Source: Candidatus Methylomirabilis oxygeniifera
Lineage (GTDB): Bacteria; Methylomirabilota; Methylomirabilia; Methylomirabilales; Methylomirabilaceae
DNA: 32,000 bases
Direction: 5' to 3'
NCBI GenBank assembly: GCA_000091165.1
Contig: FP565575.1
Span: forward strand, 2,700,001 to 2,732,000
Below, in pieces: positions 20,203 to 28,154 of the stretch. Position 1 is the first letter of the stretch, and the number at the start of each line of letters is the position of its first letter. Both the position numbers and the translations under genes were made by a program. The notes under the pieces are model-generated. The model saw only the letters and a list, made by a program, of their open reading frames with translations, made no database searches and was not told the origin of the DNA.

Positions 20203-20214
20203 GGTTTAGGGTAA
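20181..20214 (+). repeat. AGGGTNN heptamer array overlapping the ileS 3' end
   Basis: Units are agggtat / gggaac (degenerate) / agggtat / agggttt / agggtaa. The ileS stop TAG (20200-20202) spans a unit junction. Confidence 0.55.
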
Positions 20215-20270
20215 ATGACCAAGAATTTATGCACCTCGCCCCCCCGGCTCCGCATCCTAAAGCCCCCCAT

Positions 20271-20291
20271 CCCCCCTTTGCAAAAGGGGGG
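20271..20291. repeat. CCCCCCTTT-gca-AAAGGGGGG hairpin (member of a hairpin family with copies at 26802-26848 and 27780-27798)
   Basis: Perfect 9-bp stem with a 3-nt loop, followed by cacGGGGGGATTT. It lies between the ileS stop and the lspA start. Confidence 0.5.
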
Positions 20292-20322
20292 CACGGGGGG
20301 ATTTCGTACCTCGCACTAATCC

Positions 20323-20811
20323 ATGCGCTTCTATGCTGTCGCGCTTACCGTGATCGTCCTCGATCAGGTCTCCAAGCTGTGGATCCAGGCTGCGATGCCT
20401 CTCGGCTACAGCATCACCCTTATCCCTGATTTTTTCGCGATCGTCCATGTCCTGAATCCCGGCGCGGCATTCGGCCTCCTAGCCGCCCAGGCTGCAGCGA
20501 TTCGTAACCCGTTTTTTATCGGTATCTCCCTTCTGGCTATCGGGTTCATCCTGTACTATCGACATCGCAGGCTTGACGACCATCCGCTTGCCTCGCTTGG
20601 GTTGAGCCTGATCCTTGGGGGTGCTGTCGGCAACCTGCTGGATCGATTGAGAATCGGCATGGTCGTGGACTTCATCGATGTCCACTACTATCAGTACCAC
20701 TGGCCCGCGTTCAACGTCGCCGACTCCGGTATCACTGTCGGCGTGTCGCTGATGATGCTCACCATGATCCTCGATGAGCGTCGAGGGCGTCATCGTGGGC
20801 CGGCCTCATGA
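20323..20811 (+). CDS. lspA: lipoprotein signal peptidase (signal peptidase II)
   Basis: Four-TM protein with LDQVSK, GAVGNLLDR and FNVADSGITVG motifs. The ileS-lspA synteny is conserved. Confidence 0.9.
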   Translation: MRFYAVALTVIVLDQVSKLWIQAAMPLGYSITLIPDFFAIVHVLNPGAAFGLLAAQAAAIRNPFFIGISLLAIGFILYYRHRRLDDHPLASLGLSLILGGAVGNLLDRLRIGMVVDFIDVHYYQYHWPAFNVADSGITVGVSLMMLTMILDERRGRHRGPAS

Positions 20812-21752
20812 GCGGCGATGAGATCCGCGAACTCATAGCTGACATCTCAGCCGGCGGCCTGCGCCTGGATCGCTACCTCTCCACCGCGACAGGGCTTCCA
20901 CGATCGCAGATCCAGCGCCTCATCAAAGCCGGCCGGGTGCTGGTCGATGGTCGCTGCCCGAAGGCGAGCGCCATAGCCCATCCCGGCCAGCAGATCAGCC
21001 TCTCGATCCCTCCGCCTCAGCCGTCCACCCTCACGCCCGAACCGATTCCCCTCGATATCCTGTACGAAGATACCGACATGCTGGTTCTGAATAAGCCGGC
21101 GGGGCTGGTCGTGCACCCCGCCCCGGGACATCATTCCGGGACGCTGGTCCACGCCATTCTGTATCACTGCCCGGATTTACCCGGAATCGGCGAGGAGCGA
21201 CGACCGGGGATCGTTCATCGGCTCGACAAAGAGACATCCGGGGTGATGGTCGTGGCCAAGACCGACACGGCCATGGCCTCGCTCGCTACACAATTCAAGG
21301 GGCGACGGGTGCAGAAGACCTACATCGCGCTGGTGCATGGCGAAGTCAAACAGCCTCAGGGCCAAATCGCGGCCGACATCGGCCGTCATGAACGTGACCG
21401 GAAACGAATGGCGGTGCGCACACGCAAAGGCCGGGAGGCGGTGACCAACTACCGGGTGATCAAGCGGCTGGGCGGCCTGACGCTGCTCGAGCTCCAGCCG
21501 CAGACCGGCCGGACCCACCAGATTAGGGTCCACCTGTCGGCCATCGGTCACCCAGTGGTTGGCGACAAGGTGTATGGGGGGCGAAGGGAAAAGAAGTGTC
21601 GAGTGTTGAGTGTTGAGTGTCGAGTGAAGACGGAGCGGCACCTGCTGCATGCCTGGAAACTCGGCCTGTTCCATCCGAGGACCGATGTGTGGATGGAGTT
21701 CGAAGCCCCACTGCCGCCGGACTTCACAAGCCGGCTTCACGTAGAATCCTAG
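20808..21752 (+). CDS. rluD: 23S rRNA pseudouridine synthase, RluD subfamily of RluA family
   Basis: S4 domain (RLDRYLS...), catalytic HRLDKETSGVMVVAK, GRTHQIRVH, and a C-terminal LHA motif. It overlaps lspA as ATGA. Confidence 0.9.
   Translation: MSGDEIRELIADISAGGLRLDRYLSTATGLPRSQIQRLIKAGRVLVDGRCPKASAIAHPGQQISLSIPPPQPSTLTPEPIPLDILYEDTDMLVLNKPAGLVVHPAPGHHSGTLVHAILYHCPDLPGIGEERRPGIVHRLDKETSGVMVVAKTDTAMASLATQFKGRRVQKTYIALVHGEVKQPQGQIAADIGRHERDRKRMAVRTRKGREAVTNYRVIKRLGGLTLLELQPQTGRTHQIRVHLSAIGHPVVGDKVYGGRREKKCRVLSVECRVKTERHLLHAWKLGLFHPRTDVWMEFEAPLPPDFTSRLHVES
21596..21626 (+). repeat. tandem heptamers GTGTCGA-GTGTTGA-GTGTTGA-GTGTCGA-GTG inside the rluD coding sequence
   Basis: Four exact-period units read directly from the sequence. 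They encode KCRVLSVECRV in the variable linker between YGG and LLHA. Confidence 0.65.
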
Positions 21753-22036
21753 GTAGACACCAGCCTGTTCAGAGCCTCTCCCGGTTCACCATGTATCGAA
21801 AAAGCATGCGAGCAGCTCGAATACACGCAGTATCTGGCAGTAGTCTGTAATACCAACGCCAATAGTAATCAGTATACTATCCGATCGATTTCCATGCGCG
21901 ATTGTGTCGCTATTACCGGCATCTCTGACTACTTTCTCATAAAATGTACTATATTATAGTCATATGGCATGGCCATAATTGCTGTCACATTGCGAGTACC
22001 ACGTATCCGAACCGAATCGGCCAATAGTTCGGGATC

Positions 22037-24715
22037 ATGAAGAAGGAACATCCGTCACCTTTACCTGTCGATCGGGACGTCCACCGTCCCCAATCGGCCC
22101 CGGCGACCTCTTTGCGCGCTCTGCTCGTTGAAAACGACCAGGTCGACGCCGAACTGCTGGTGCGTGCGCTCACGCATGGCGGCTTTCACGTCACGTCCGT
22201 GCGTGTCGACACTGCGGAGCAGATGCGCGCGGAGCTGGCGCGCGCCGACTGGGATGTCATTGTCTCCGACGACGCGCTGCCGACCTTCGACGGCATGACG
22301 GCATTGAAGCTCCTGCGATCAACCGGGAAAACGATTCCGTTCATCCTCATGTCCGGCACCGTGTCCGACGAGACCGCGATTGAGGCTGTCAGAGCGGGCG
22401 CGCGTGATTATATTCGCAAAGATCAGCCGGCACGCCTGGTTGCGGCGGTCCGGCGCGAACTTGACGCTGCCCGCATTCAGCGCGCTCAGCCCCAGTCCGG
22501 CGCGCCGCCTATGTGGCGCCGCATCGGGATTGCGCCTCGCCTGGTGTCCGGTTTTCTTGTGGCAACGCTCTTGTTCGCCGTGTTAGGTATCTGGTCCGCA
22601 GTCGTGTATACGCGGGCGGTTGAGCAGATCGTGATAGCCGGCGCGGAGCAGAGCGCGCGCTACTTGATCGTGAGCGTTGCCGAACTGGATGAAAAGAGCG
22701 GTACGCCTGACCTGTTTTCCAACCGGTCGGCCTACCTGCAAGAGTTGGTGGAGAAACTGGCGCGGGTGCAGAAGCGGGACATTGGGGTCGTAGACTCACG
22801 CAAGCGAGTTGTTGCGGATGTGATCACAAAAGATATCGGGGTGACGTATACGCACGATGAGGGCAATGAAGTGGCGCTGACCATCCAGGATGGTCGGGCG
22901 CGCACGTTCGTTGAGAGAAGCGCGGACTATCCTGCCGGCATCCGCCGGATGGTCGTTCCGATCCAGGCCGGTGATGGGAAGATCGTGGGCGCGCTGCTGT
23001 TGGATTACACCGTGTCCTACGAAAACGCAATATGGCATGCTGCAGTGCAGGCGCGCCGGATCTTCATTACCGGTCTCCTGGTGTTGGCTGTCGCAGTAGG
23101 CATCGGTTGGATAACATCGTGGTCGATCACGAGGCCGCTCCATCAACTGCGCGCTGCCGCACACAGACTGGGACGACAGGAGTTGGACACGCCAATCTCG
23201 ATGGAATGCCCCGGTGAAATCGGCGACCTGGCCGCCGCGTTCGAACAGATGCGCGTTAATCTGGTCGCCGCGCTGGACGCGCGGGCCAATCTGGAACAGA
23301 CGCTTGCCGGAAGCAATCGATCCCTGCGTAGGCTGGTCAACAGAGCGCCTATCGCGGGTATGGTGCTCGACTTCGACGGCGTCGTGCGGATGTGGAGTCT
23401 CGACGCCGAACGGTTATATGGTTGGGCTGATCGGGAAGTGTTGAACCGTCCCGCGCCAGGGATTCCACCCGACAAGCGCGATGAATTTGCTGTGTTGTGC
23501 AAGCGGCTTGCCGCCGGCGAGGTCGTCACCGGGCATGAGACCACGCGACTGACTAAAGACGGCGCGCTGCTGGACGTTGCGCTGTCGCTTGCACCCTGGA
23601 GCGATTCGCGAGGCAATGTGACGGGCTTTATCTCGATTGCCATCGACAATACCGACCGCAAGCGCGCGGAGATTGCGCTCCGCGACGCACACGCTGAAAT
23701 CACCGCCTCGGTACGCGAACTGGAACGTCGTACGGCGGAACTGCATCTGCTGCGCGAAATGACCGACCTGATCCAAGGCAGCGTCAGCATCGAGGCGGCG
23801 CATGAGATCACGCAATGCTATCTGCCGCGACTGTTCCCTTACGGCACGGGCGCGCTCTATGTGCGTTCGCCCTCGCGTGACCTCCTGGAACAGACGTCGG
23901 CATGGGGCGATCGGGCGGCTCACCTGGGCCCCACCTTCACGTCTGGAGACTGTTGGGCGCTGCGGCGCGGGCAACCCCATTACGTGCACGCCAGTCGCGA
24001 GCCGTTGTGCCGTCATACGTTTGCCGCCGATGGGGGAGAGTGGATATGCTGCCCCCTACTGGCATACGGCGAGGTGCTGGGCATCCTACACGTCTACCGC
24101 CCGGAGCGCGATACCACGAGCAGCTCGGAGCAGGCCTTCCTGACTTTGGCCGAGACCGTTACCAGCAGCCTCAGCCTCTCCCTCGGAAACCTGCGCCTGC
24201 GTGAGACCCTGCGCCAGCAATCGATCCGCGATTCGTTAACCGGTCTGTTCAATCGCCGCTATCTGGACGAGACCCTGCCGCGCGAAATCCTGCGCGCCGC
24301 ACGCACCGGTTCGACGCTGGGCGTGATGATGTTGGATATCGACCATTTCAAGCGGCTCAACGATACCCACGGGCACGACGCCGGCGACGCAGTCCTCTCT
24401 GCGCTTGGCAGATTCCTGCAGCATCACGTACGCGGCGACGATATTGCGTGTCGATATGGCGGCGAAGAGTTCACGCTGATTCTGCCCGGCGCGTCCCTGG
24501 ACGCCGTATGCGATCGTGCGGAGCAGTTACGTATCGGCGTGCAATCGCTCGTAGTCCGCTTTAACAATACACAACTGGACACGATCACGCTCTCGCTTGG
24601 CGTCGCCATGTGGCCGCAGCATGGCGAGACGGAAGACCTGTTGCTACCAGCGGCGGACGCGGCCCTGTATCGCGCGAAACAGGGAGGCAGAAATCGCGTT
24701 GAGATCGCCGTATGA
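22037..24715 (+). CDS. response-regulator receiver / transmembrane sensor / HAMP-PAS-GAF-GGDEF diguanylate cyclase
   Basis: REC domain (VIVSDD phospho-Asp context, YIRKD Lys). TM segments at about aa 167-191 and 341-362 bracket an extracytoplasmic region of about 150 aa. HAMP (SITRPLHQLRAAAHRLG), PAS (NRAPIAGMVLDFDGVVRMWSLDAERLYGW) and a GAF-like segment follow. The GGDEF domain has RYGGEEF and RGDD (RxxD I-site) five residues upstream. Confidence 0.9.
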   Translation: MKKEHPSPLPVDRDVHRPQSAPATSLRALLVENDQVDAELLVRALTHGGFHVTSVRVDTAEQMRAELARADWDVIVSDDALPTFDGMTALKLLRSTGKTIPFILMSGTVSDETAIEAVRAGARDYIRKDQPARLVAAVRRELDAARIQRAQPQSGAPPMWRRIGIAPRLVSGFLVATLLFAVLGIWSAVVYTRAVEQIVIAGAEQSARYLIVSVAELDEKSGTPDLFSNRSAYLQELVEKLARVQKRDIGVVDSRKRVVADVITKDIGVTYTHDEGNEVALTIQDGRARTFVERSADYPAGIRRMVVPIQAGDGKIVGALLLDYTVSYENAIWHAAVQARRIFITGLLVLAVAVGIGWITSWSITRPLHQLRAAAHRLGRQELDTPISMECPGEIGDLAAAFEQMRVNLVAALDARANLEQTLAGSNRSLRRLVNRAPIAGMVLDFDGVVRMWSLDAERLYGWADREVLNRPAPGIPPDKRDEFAVLCKRLAAGEVVTGHETTRLTKDGALLDVALSLAPWSDSRGNVTGFISIAIDNTDRKRAEIALRDAHAEITASVRELERRTAELHLLREMTDLIQGSVSIEAAHEITQCYLPRLFPYGTGALYVRSPSRDLLEQTSAWGDRAAHLGPTFTSGDCWALRRGQPHYVHASREPLCRHTFAADGGEWICCPLLAYGEVLGILHVYRPERDTTSSSEQAFLTLAETVTSSLSLSLGNLRLRETLRQQSIRDSLTGLFNRRYLDETLPREILRAARTGSTLGVMMLDIDHFKRLNDTHGHDAGDAVLSALGRFLQHHVRGDDIACRYGGEEFTLILPGASLDAVCDRAEQLRIGVQSLVVRFNNTQLDTITLSLGVAMWPQHGETEDLLLPAADAALYRAKQGGRNRVEIAV

Positions 24716-24760
24716 CGGCGGGACGACAGCCCAGGCCCGTACCCGCACACCCCGCACCGT

Positions 24761-25567
24761 TTACAATTTCTCCACCGTCACGATCCTGGTAGAGCCGCAC
24801 CGCAGGAACCTCCCCAAGGCCAAGTCGAGCGCCATCACGCGGCGGAAGAGGGCATCGAAATGAGGGGCTTCCTGCCTTCGGCGAAAGAGCAGCGACGGGG
24901 GGAACAACATGGTCAGGATGTTCATACTCCGGACCTCCACCAGCCTGAGGCCGTGTGCCTGCAGGAGACGTGTCAACTCCGGCCAGGTGAAGGTCTTAAA
25001 CTGCATCTCTTTCCACTCCCGCAGGTGTCCGCCCCGAGTTGTCATGGCTCGCCACAGCTCCTTCGGCAGGTAGAGCAGGTCGGGACACCACTTTGAATCG
25101 ATCTCGAACGAAATGAGCCCACGCGGGGCGCAGACCCGCACCATCTCTCGCAGTACCACATCAACCGCCGTGAAGTTGTGACCGATGACGTCGCCATAGG
25201 CTACCATGGCCTGGACGCATCCATCTTCGAACGGCAGTCTCGTGATATCGCCGGTCACAAGACTGACGTTCGGCCGTCCATTGCACCGTTGCCGCGCCGC
25301 CTCGATCATCTGATCTGAGATGTCGATTCCGACCACCCGTCCGGCCCGCCGCGCCAGCAGGACCGTCTGTTTCCCCGTCCCGCACCCCAGGTCCAGCGCT
25401 ATCCCGTCCGGCTTCTCGCAGATGATCCGTTCGACCGTTTCTCTGTAGACCTGATAACATTCGGCGAAATAAAACTGGTCCTCAATCTGGTCGTACTCCG
25501 CCAGCATGGCGTTATAGACAGCCGCCACATGGGAGCCCACATCGGACCGGTTCGTCTGAGGGGTCAT
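24761..25567 (-). CDS. class I SAM-dependent methyltransferase
   Basis: Motif I IALDLGCGTGKQT, acidic motif II VVGIDISDQM, motif III-like AMVAYGDV. ATG 25567 lies 23 nt after the ald stop. The upstream 154 codons of track ORF 24761..26029 overlap ald out of frame and are rejected. Confidence 0.8.
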   Translation of the reverse strand: MTPQTNRSDVGSHVAAVYNAMLAEYDQIEDQFYFAECYQVYRETVERIICEKPDGIALDLGCGTGKQTVLLARRAGRVVGIDISDQMIEAARQRCNGRPNVSLVTGDITRLPFEDGCVQAMVAYGDVIGHNFTAVDVVLREMVRVCAPRGLISFEIDSKWCPDLLYLPKELWRAMTTRGGHLREWKEMQFKTFTWPELTRLLQAHGLRLVEVRSMNILTMLFPPSLLFRRRQEAPHFDALFRRVMALDLALGRFLRCGSTRIVTVEKL

Positions 25568-25590
25568 AGATGGATGGCGATCGCCGCGCG

Positions 25591-26709
25591 TTAAGCCTTT
25601 GCCGCTTCCAGGGGCGGCAGGTAGGCAAGGCCATGCGCGTCGGCCACAGCGGGATGGGTAACGTGGTCGAGGGCAATATTCACACCCAACGACAGCTCCG
25701 GACACTCCAGGATGGCCCGGCGCCACCCGCTGTCGGCAAGCCGGAGGGCGTACGGAAGGGTAACGTTGGTGAGGGCAAAGGTCGAGGTTCTGGCGAAGGC
25801 GCCAGGCATGTTGGCGACACAGTAGTGCAGGATACCGTCCACGACATAGACGGGATCGCTGTGAGAGGTGGAGTGGCTGGTCTCGATGCAGCCGCCTTGG
25901 TCGATGGCCACATCGACGATAATCGATCCCGGCTTCATGAGCGTAACCATCTCTCTGGTCACCAGCTTGGGGGCTCTGGCCCCGGAGACGTAGACGGCTC
26001 CGATCACAATATCGGCCCGCCTCACGCACTCTTCGATGCTCATCTGATTGGAAATGAGGGTCGTCACATTCTCGGGAAGGATCTCGTCAAGGTAACGCAT
26101 GCGGCCCTGGTCCACGTCCAGCAGATAGACCCAGGCGCCCATCCCGGCCGCCACCTTCGCGGCGTTGGCCCCGACGGTTCCGCCTCCAAGGATCACTACA
26201 GTGGCGGGAGGCACTCCGGGCACTCCGCCGATCAGCACGCCACGGCCGCCATGCGGGGTCGCCAGATAGTGCGCCCCGATGTGGATCGCCATCCGACCGG
26301 CAATCTCGCTCATCGGTTCGAGCAGCGGTTTTCGACCGTCCGGCGTCTGCACGGTCTCATAGGCCACGGCCACCACCCGCCGCGCAAGGAGCCGTTTGGT
26401 GAGTTCGGGCGTGGGGGCCAGATGCAGGAAGGTAAACAGTATCTGTCCTTCCCGAAGCATCTCGCACTCGGCAGGCAGCGGCTCTTTCACCTTGTAGATC
26501 AGATCGGCTTGGGCGTAGATCGCTGTCGGATCGCCGATCAGCTCGGCGCCGGCCCTGGCGTAGGCCTCGTCCGGCAATCCCGAGCCGACTCCGGCCCCTT
26601 GCTGGATCAGCACCCGGTGCCCATGCGCCCGTAACGCCTGCACGCCGGCGGGTATGATCGCGACCCGACTCTCAGCCTCTTTGATCTCTTTTGGAACCCC
26701 GATGATCAT
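25591..26709 (-). CDS. ald: alanine dehydrogenase
   Basis: MIIGVPKEIKEAESRVAIIPAGV is the canonical Ald N-terminus. The NAD fold is VVILGGGTVGANAAKVAAGMGA, and the length is about 372 aa. Confidence 0.93.
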   Translation of the reverse strand: MIIGVPKEIKEAESRVAIIPAGVQALRAHGHRVLIQQGAGVGSGLPDEAYARAGAELIGDPTAIYAQADLIYKVKEPLPAECEMLREGQILFTFLHLAPTPELTKRLLARRVVAVAYETVQTPDGRKPLLEPMSEIAGRMAIHIGAHYLATPHGGRGVLIGGVPGVPPATVVILGGGTVGANAAKVAAGMGAWVYLLDVDQGRMRYLDEILPENVTTLISNQMSIEECVRRADIVIGAVYVSGARAPKLVTREMVTLMKPGSIIVDVAIDQGGCIETSHSTSHSDPVYVVDGILHYCVANMPGAFARTSTFALTNVTLPYALRLADSGWRRAILECPELSLGVNIALDHVTHPAVADAHGLAYLPPLEAAKA

Positions 26710-26744
26710 CGTTACCCCATTAACAGTCAGTGATGTGCTATGTA

Positions 26745-26761
26745 GACAGTTACTAACTGTC
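26745..26761. promoter_or_regulatory. perfect 17-bp palindrome GACAGTTA-C-TAACTGTC upstream of ald
   Basis: 8-bp arms, read directly. It lies 36-52 nt upstream of ald ATG 26709 on the minus strand. It could be an operator or a 5'-UTR hairpin. Confidence 0.3.
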
Positions 26762-26801
26762 CACAAATAATCACTTTACGGTATCGAAAAATCCCTCCTC
26801 A

Positions 26802-26848
26802 CCTCCCTTTGCCAAAGGGAGGATGTACCCCTCTTTGGAAAAGAGGGG
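26802..26848. repeat. two tandem hairpins of the CCCYTTTG/CAAARGGG family; possible terminator between the HAD gene and ald
   Basis: CCTCCCTTT-gcc-AAAGGGAGG (26802-26822) and CCCCTCTTT-gga-AAAGAGGGG (26828-26848). An ATTTT run follows on either strand, but not directly adjacent to a stem. Confidence 0.45.
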
Positions 26849-26958
26849 CGAGGGGAGATTTTCTTCATCGATGTCAATCCAGTTTTAATACGGTAAATAC
26901 ATCTCGCCCTTGACGATGTCAAGGATCGATCTCCCATACGCGATTGCGCCCTTTGTGG

Positions 26959-27645
26959 TCAGCTCAGGCACAGCTTTTCCAGAAGGTCCAGGTCAAGATG
27001 CTCCAGGCTCCGAACCACGAGTTCAGCGCCGGCGAAGTCCTGGCCGCGTGTATACTCATTATAGACCACAACGCAAGGTAACCCGGCTGCATTGGCTGCC
27101 TTGAACCCCCTCTCGGAATCCTCGATGACCAGGATCTCCGATGCATCGTATCCGAGCATTGCAGCACACCGGGCATAGAGGGCCGCGTTCTTGTCACCGG
27201 CCTGTTGGCCGAAAATCGGGTCGAAGGCATCGAGCGCCTCAGGAATCTGCGCTCTCAGGAGCGCGAGGATCTGATCTTCGTGGGTCACCGATACGATCGC
27301 CAGTCGAATACCGCGATCAGTCGCCTCGCGGATGATCCGGGCCACACCGGGAAGAAGTGGCAGCGCCTCAACCCGCTTCAAGTACAGCTCCTTCTTCAGC
27401 GCAAACAGCTCCGGCACAATCCGGTCGATATCGGCCTCGGAGAGCGAGGTCCGGGTCGAAAGCGCCAACCGCATCCGGCGGGCATTGCCGGGGATCTTCA
27501 GCAACTCTTTGAACTCCTCCCAGCTCCAGCGGACATCGAACCCCATCTGCGCGAACGCCTCGTTACAGGCTACCAGATGCCCGTTCCTCTCCGTCTCCGC
27601 CAGTGTCCCATCCACGTCAAAAATAATCGCCTTCAGTTTCCCCAT
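26959..27645 (-). CDS. HAD-IA hydrolase, CbbY-like phosphatase
   Basis: MGKLKAIIFDVDGTLAETERNGHLVACNEAF closely resembles CbbY-type HAD N-termini (DxDGT motif I). Motif III/IV is VIEDSERGFKAANAAG. Confidence 0.8.
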   Translation of the reverse strand: MGKLKAIIFDVDGTLAETERNGHLVACNEAFAQMGFDVRWSWEEFKELLKIPGNARRMRLALSTRTSLSEADIDRIVPELFALKKELYLKRVEALPLLPGVARIIREATDRGIRLAIVSVTHEDQILALLRAQIPEALDAFDPIFGQQAGDKNAALYARCAAMLGYDASEILVIEDSERGFKAANAAGLPCVVVYNEYTRGQDFAGAELVVRSLEHLDLDLLEKLCLS

Positions 27646-27729
27646 CTCTCATACCTAAGCGTTCGTTGCGCGCGGCGTTCATTACGTCGATAGCGTTCAT
27701 TTATGTGGCATTCATGGATACAGCCGTAG

Positions 27730-27755
27730 GTCGGGTTAGCGCAGCACAACCCGAC
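27730..27755. repeat. REP-like hairpin GTCGGGTT-10 nt-AACCCGAC
   Basis: Perfect 8-bp stem. A partial second copy (cgtcgggttcgcacc) occurs near 28730-28745. Confidence 0.4.
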
Positions 27756-27779
27756 AACTTCGGCCGAATCCTTCGTGCT

Positions 27780-27798
27780 CCCCCTTTGATAAAGGGGG
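27780..27798. repeat. CCCCCTTT-gat-AAAGGGGG hairpin (third locus of the family)
   Basis: Perfect 8-bp stem followed by attgaaGGGGGTTTTT. Confidence 0.5.
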
Positions 27799-28154
27799 AT
27801 TGAAGGGGGTTTTTGTACGCTGTGGTGCGGTCATGCTGCATGAGGTGTTGCTCAGAAAATGTCTATCCAATCTGTTGCGTCCAGAGACCCGGAGGGCCAT
27901 GACCTGTCGGCGATAATACCTTGACACCCCACTTCTATCAAATAGAATGTTCCCATGCGTAGAAGAAGTCGGAAGGATTCAGCCACTGTGCCGTACCAGC
28001 GGTCCCCATCGGCGTATGAAGCGTCGCTTGTGTCGAAGACCAATATCATCGTTCCTGTGGAGCCTAACGACCCTACGCTGCTCCACCGGGATTTGTTCCA
28101 GCGCTCACCAATTATGCGCCCGACCTGAAAAATTGTCAGCAAGAGGGAGATTCC

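Noticed and set aside
22509-24016. Several 60-220-aa ORFs on both strands inside the cyclase gene
   Set aside because: All are nested in or antisense to the 892-aa REC-HAMP-PAS-GAF-GGDEF ORF, whose domains are continuous.
25568-26029. N-terminal 154 codons of track ORF 24761..26029
   Set aside because: This part overlaps ald in a different frame and is R/P/C-rich. The methyltransferase fold begins at MTPQTN (ATG 25567), just after the ald stop.
25570-26634. 354-aa plus-strand ORF
   Set aside because: It is antisense to alanine dehydrogenase and is a shadow frame with G/R/H-rich composition.
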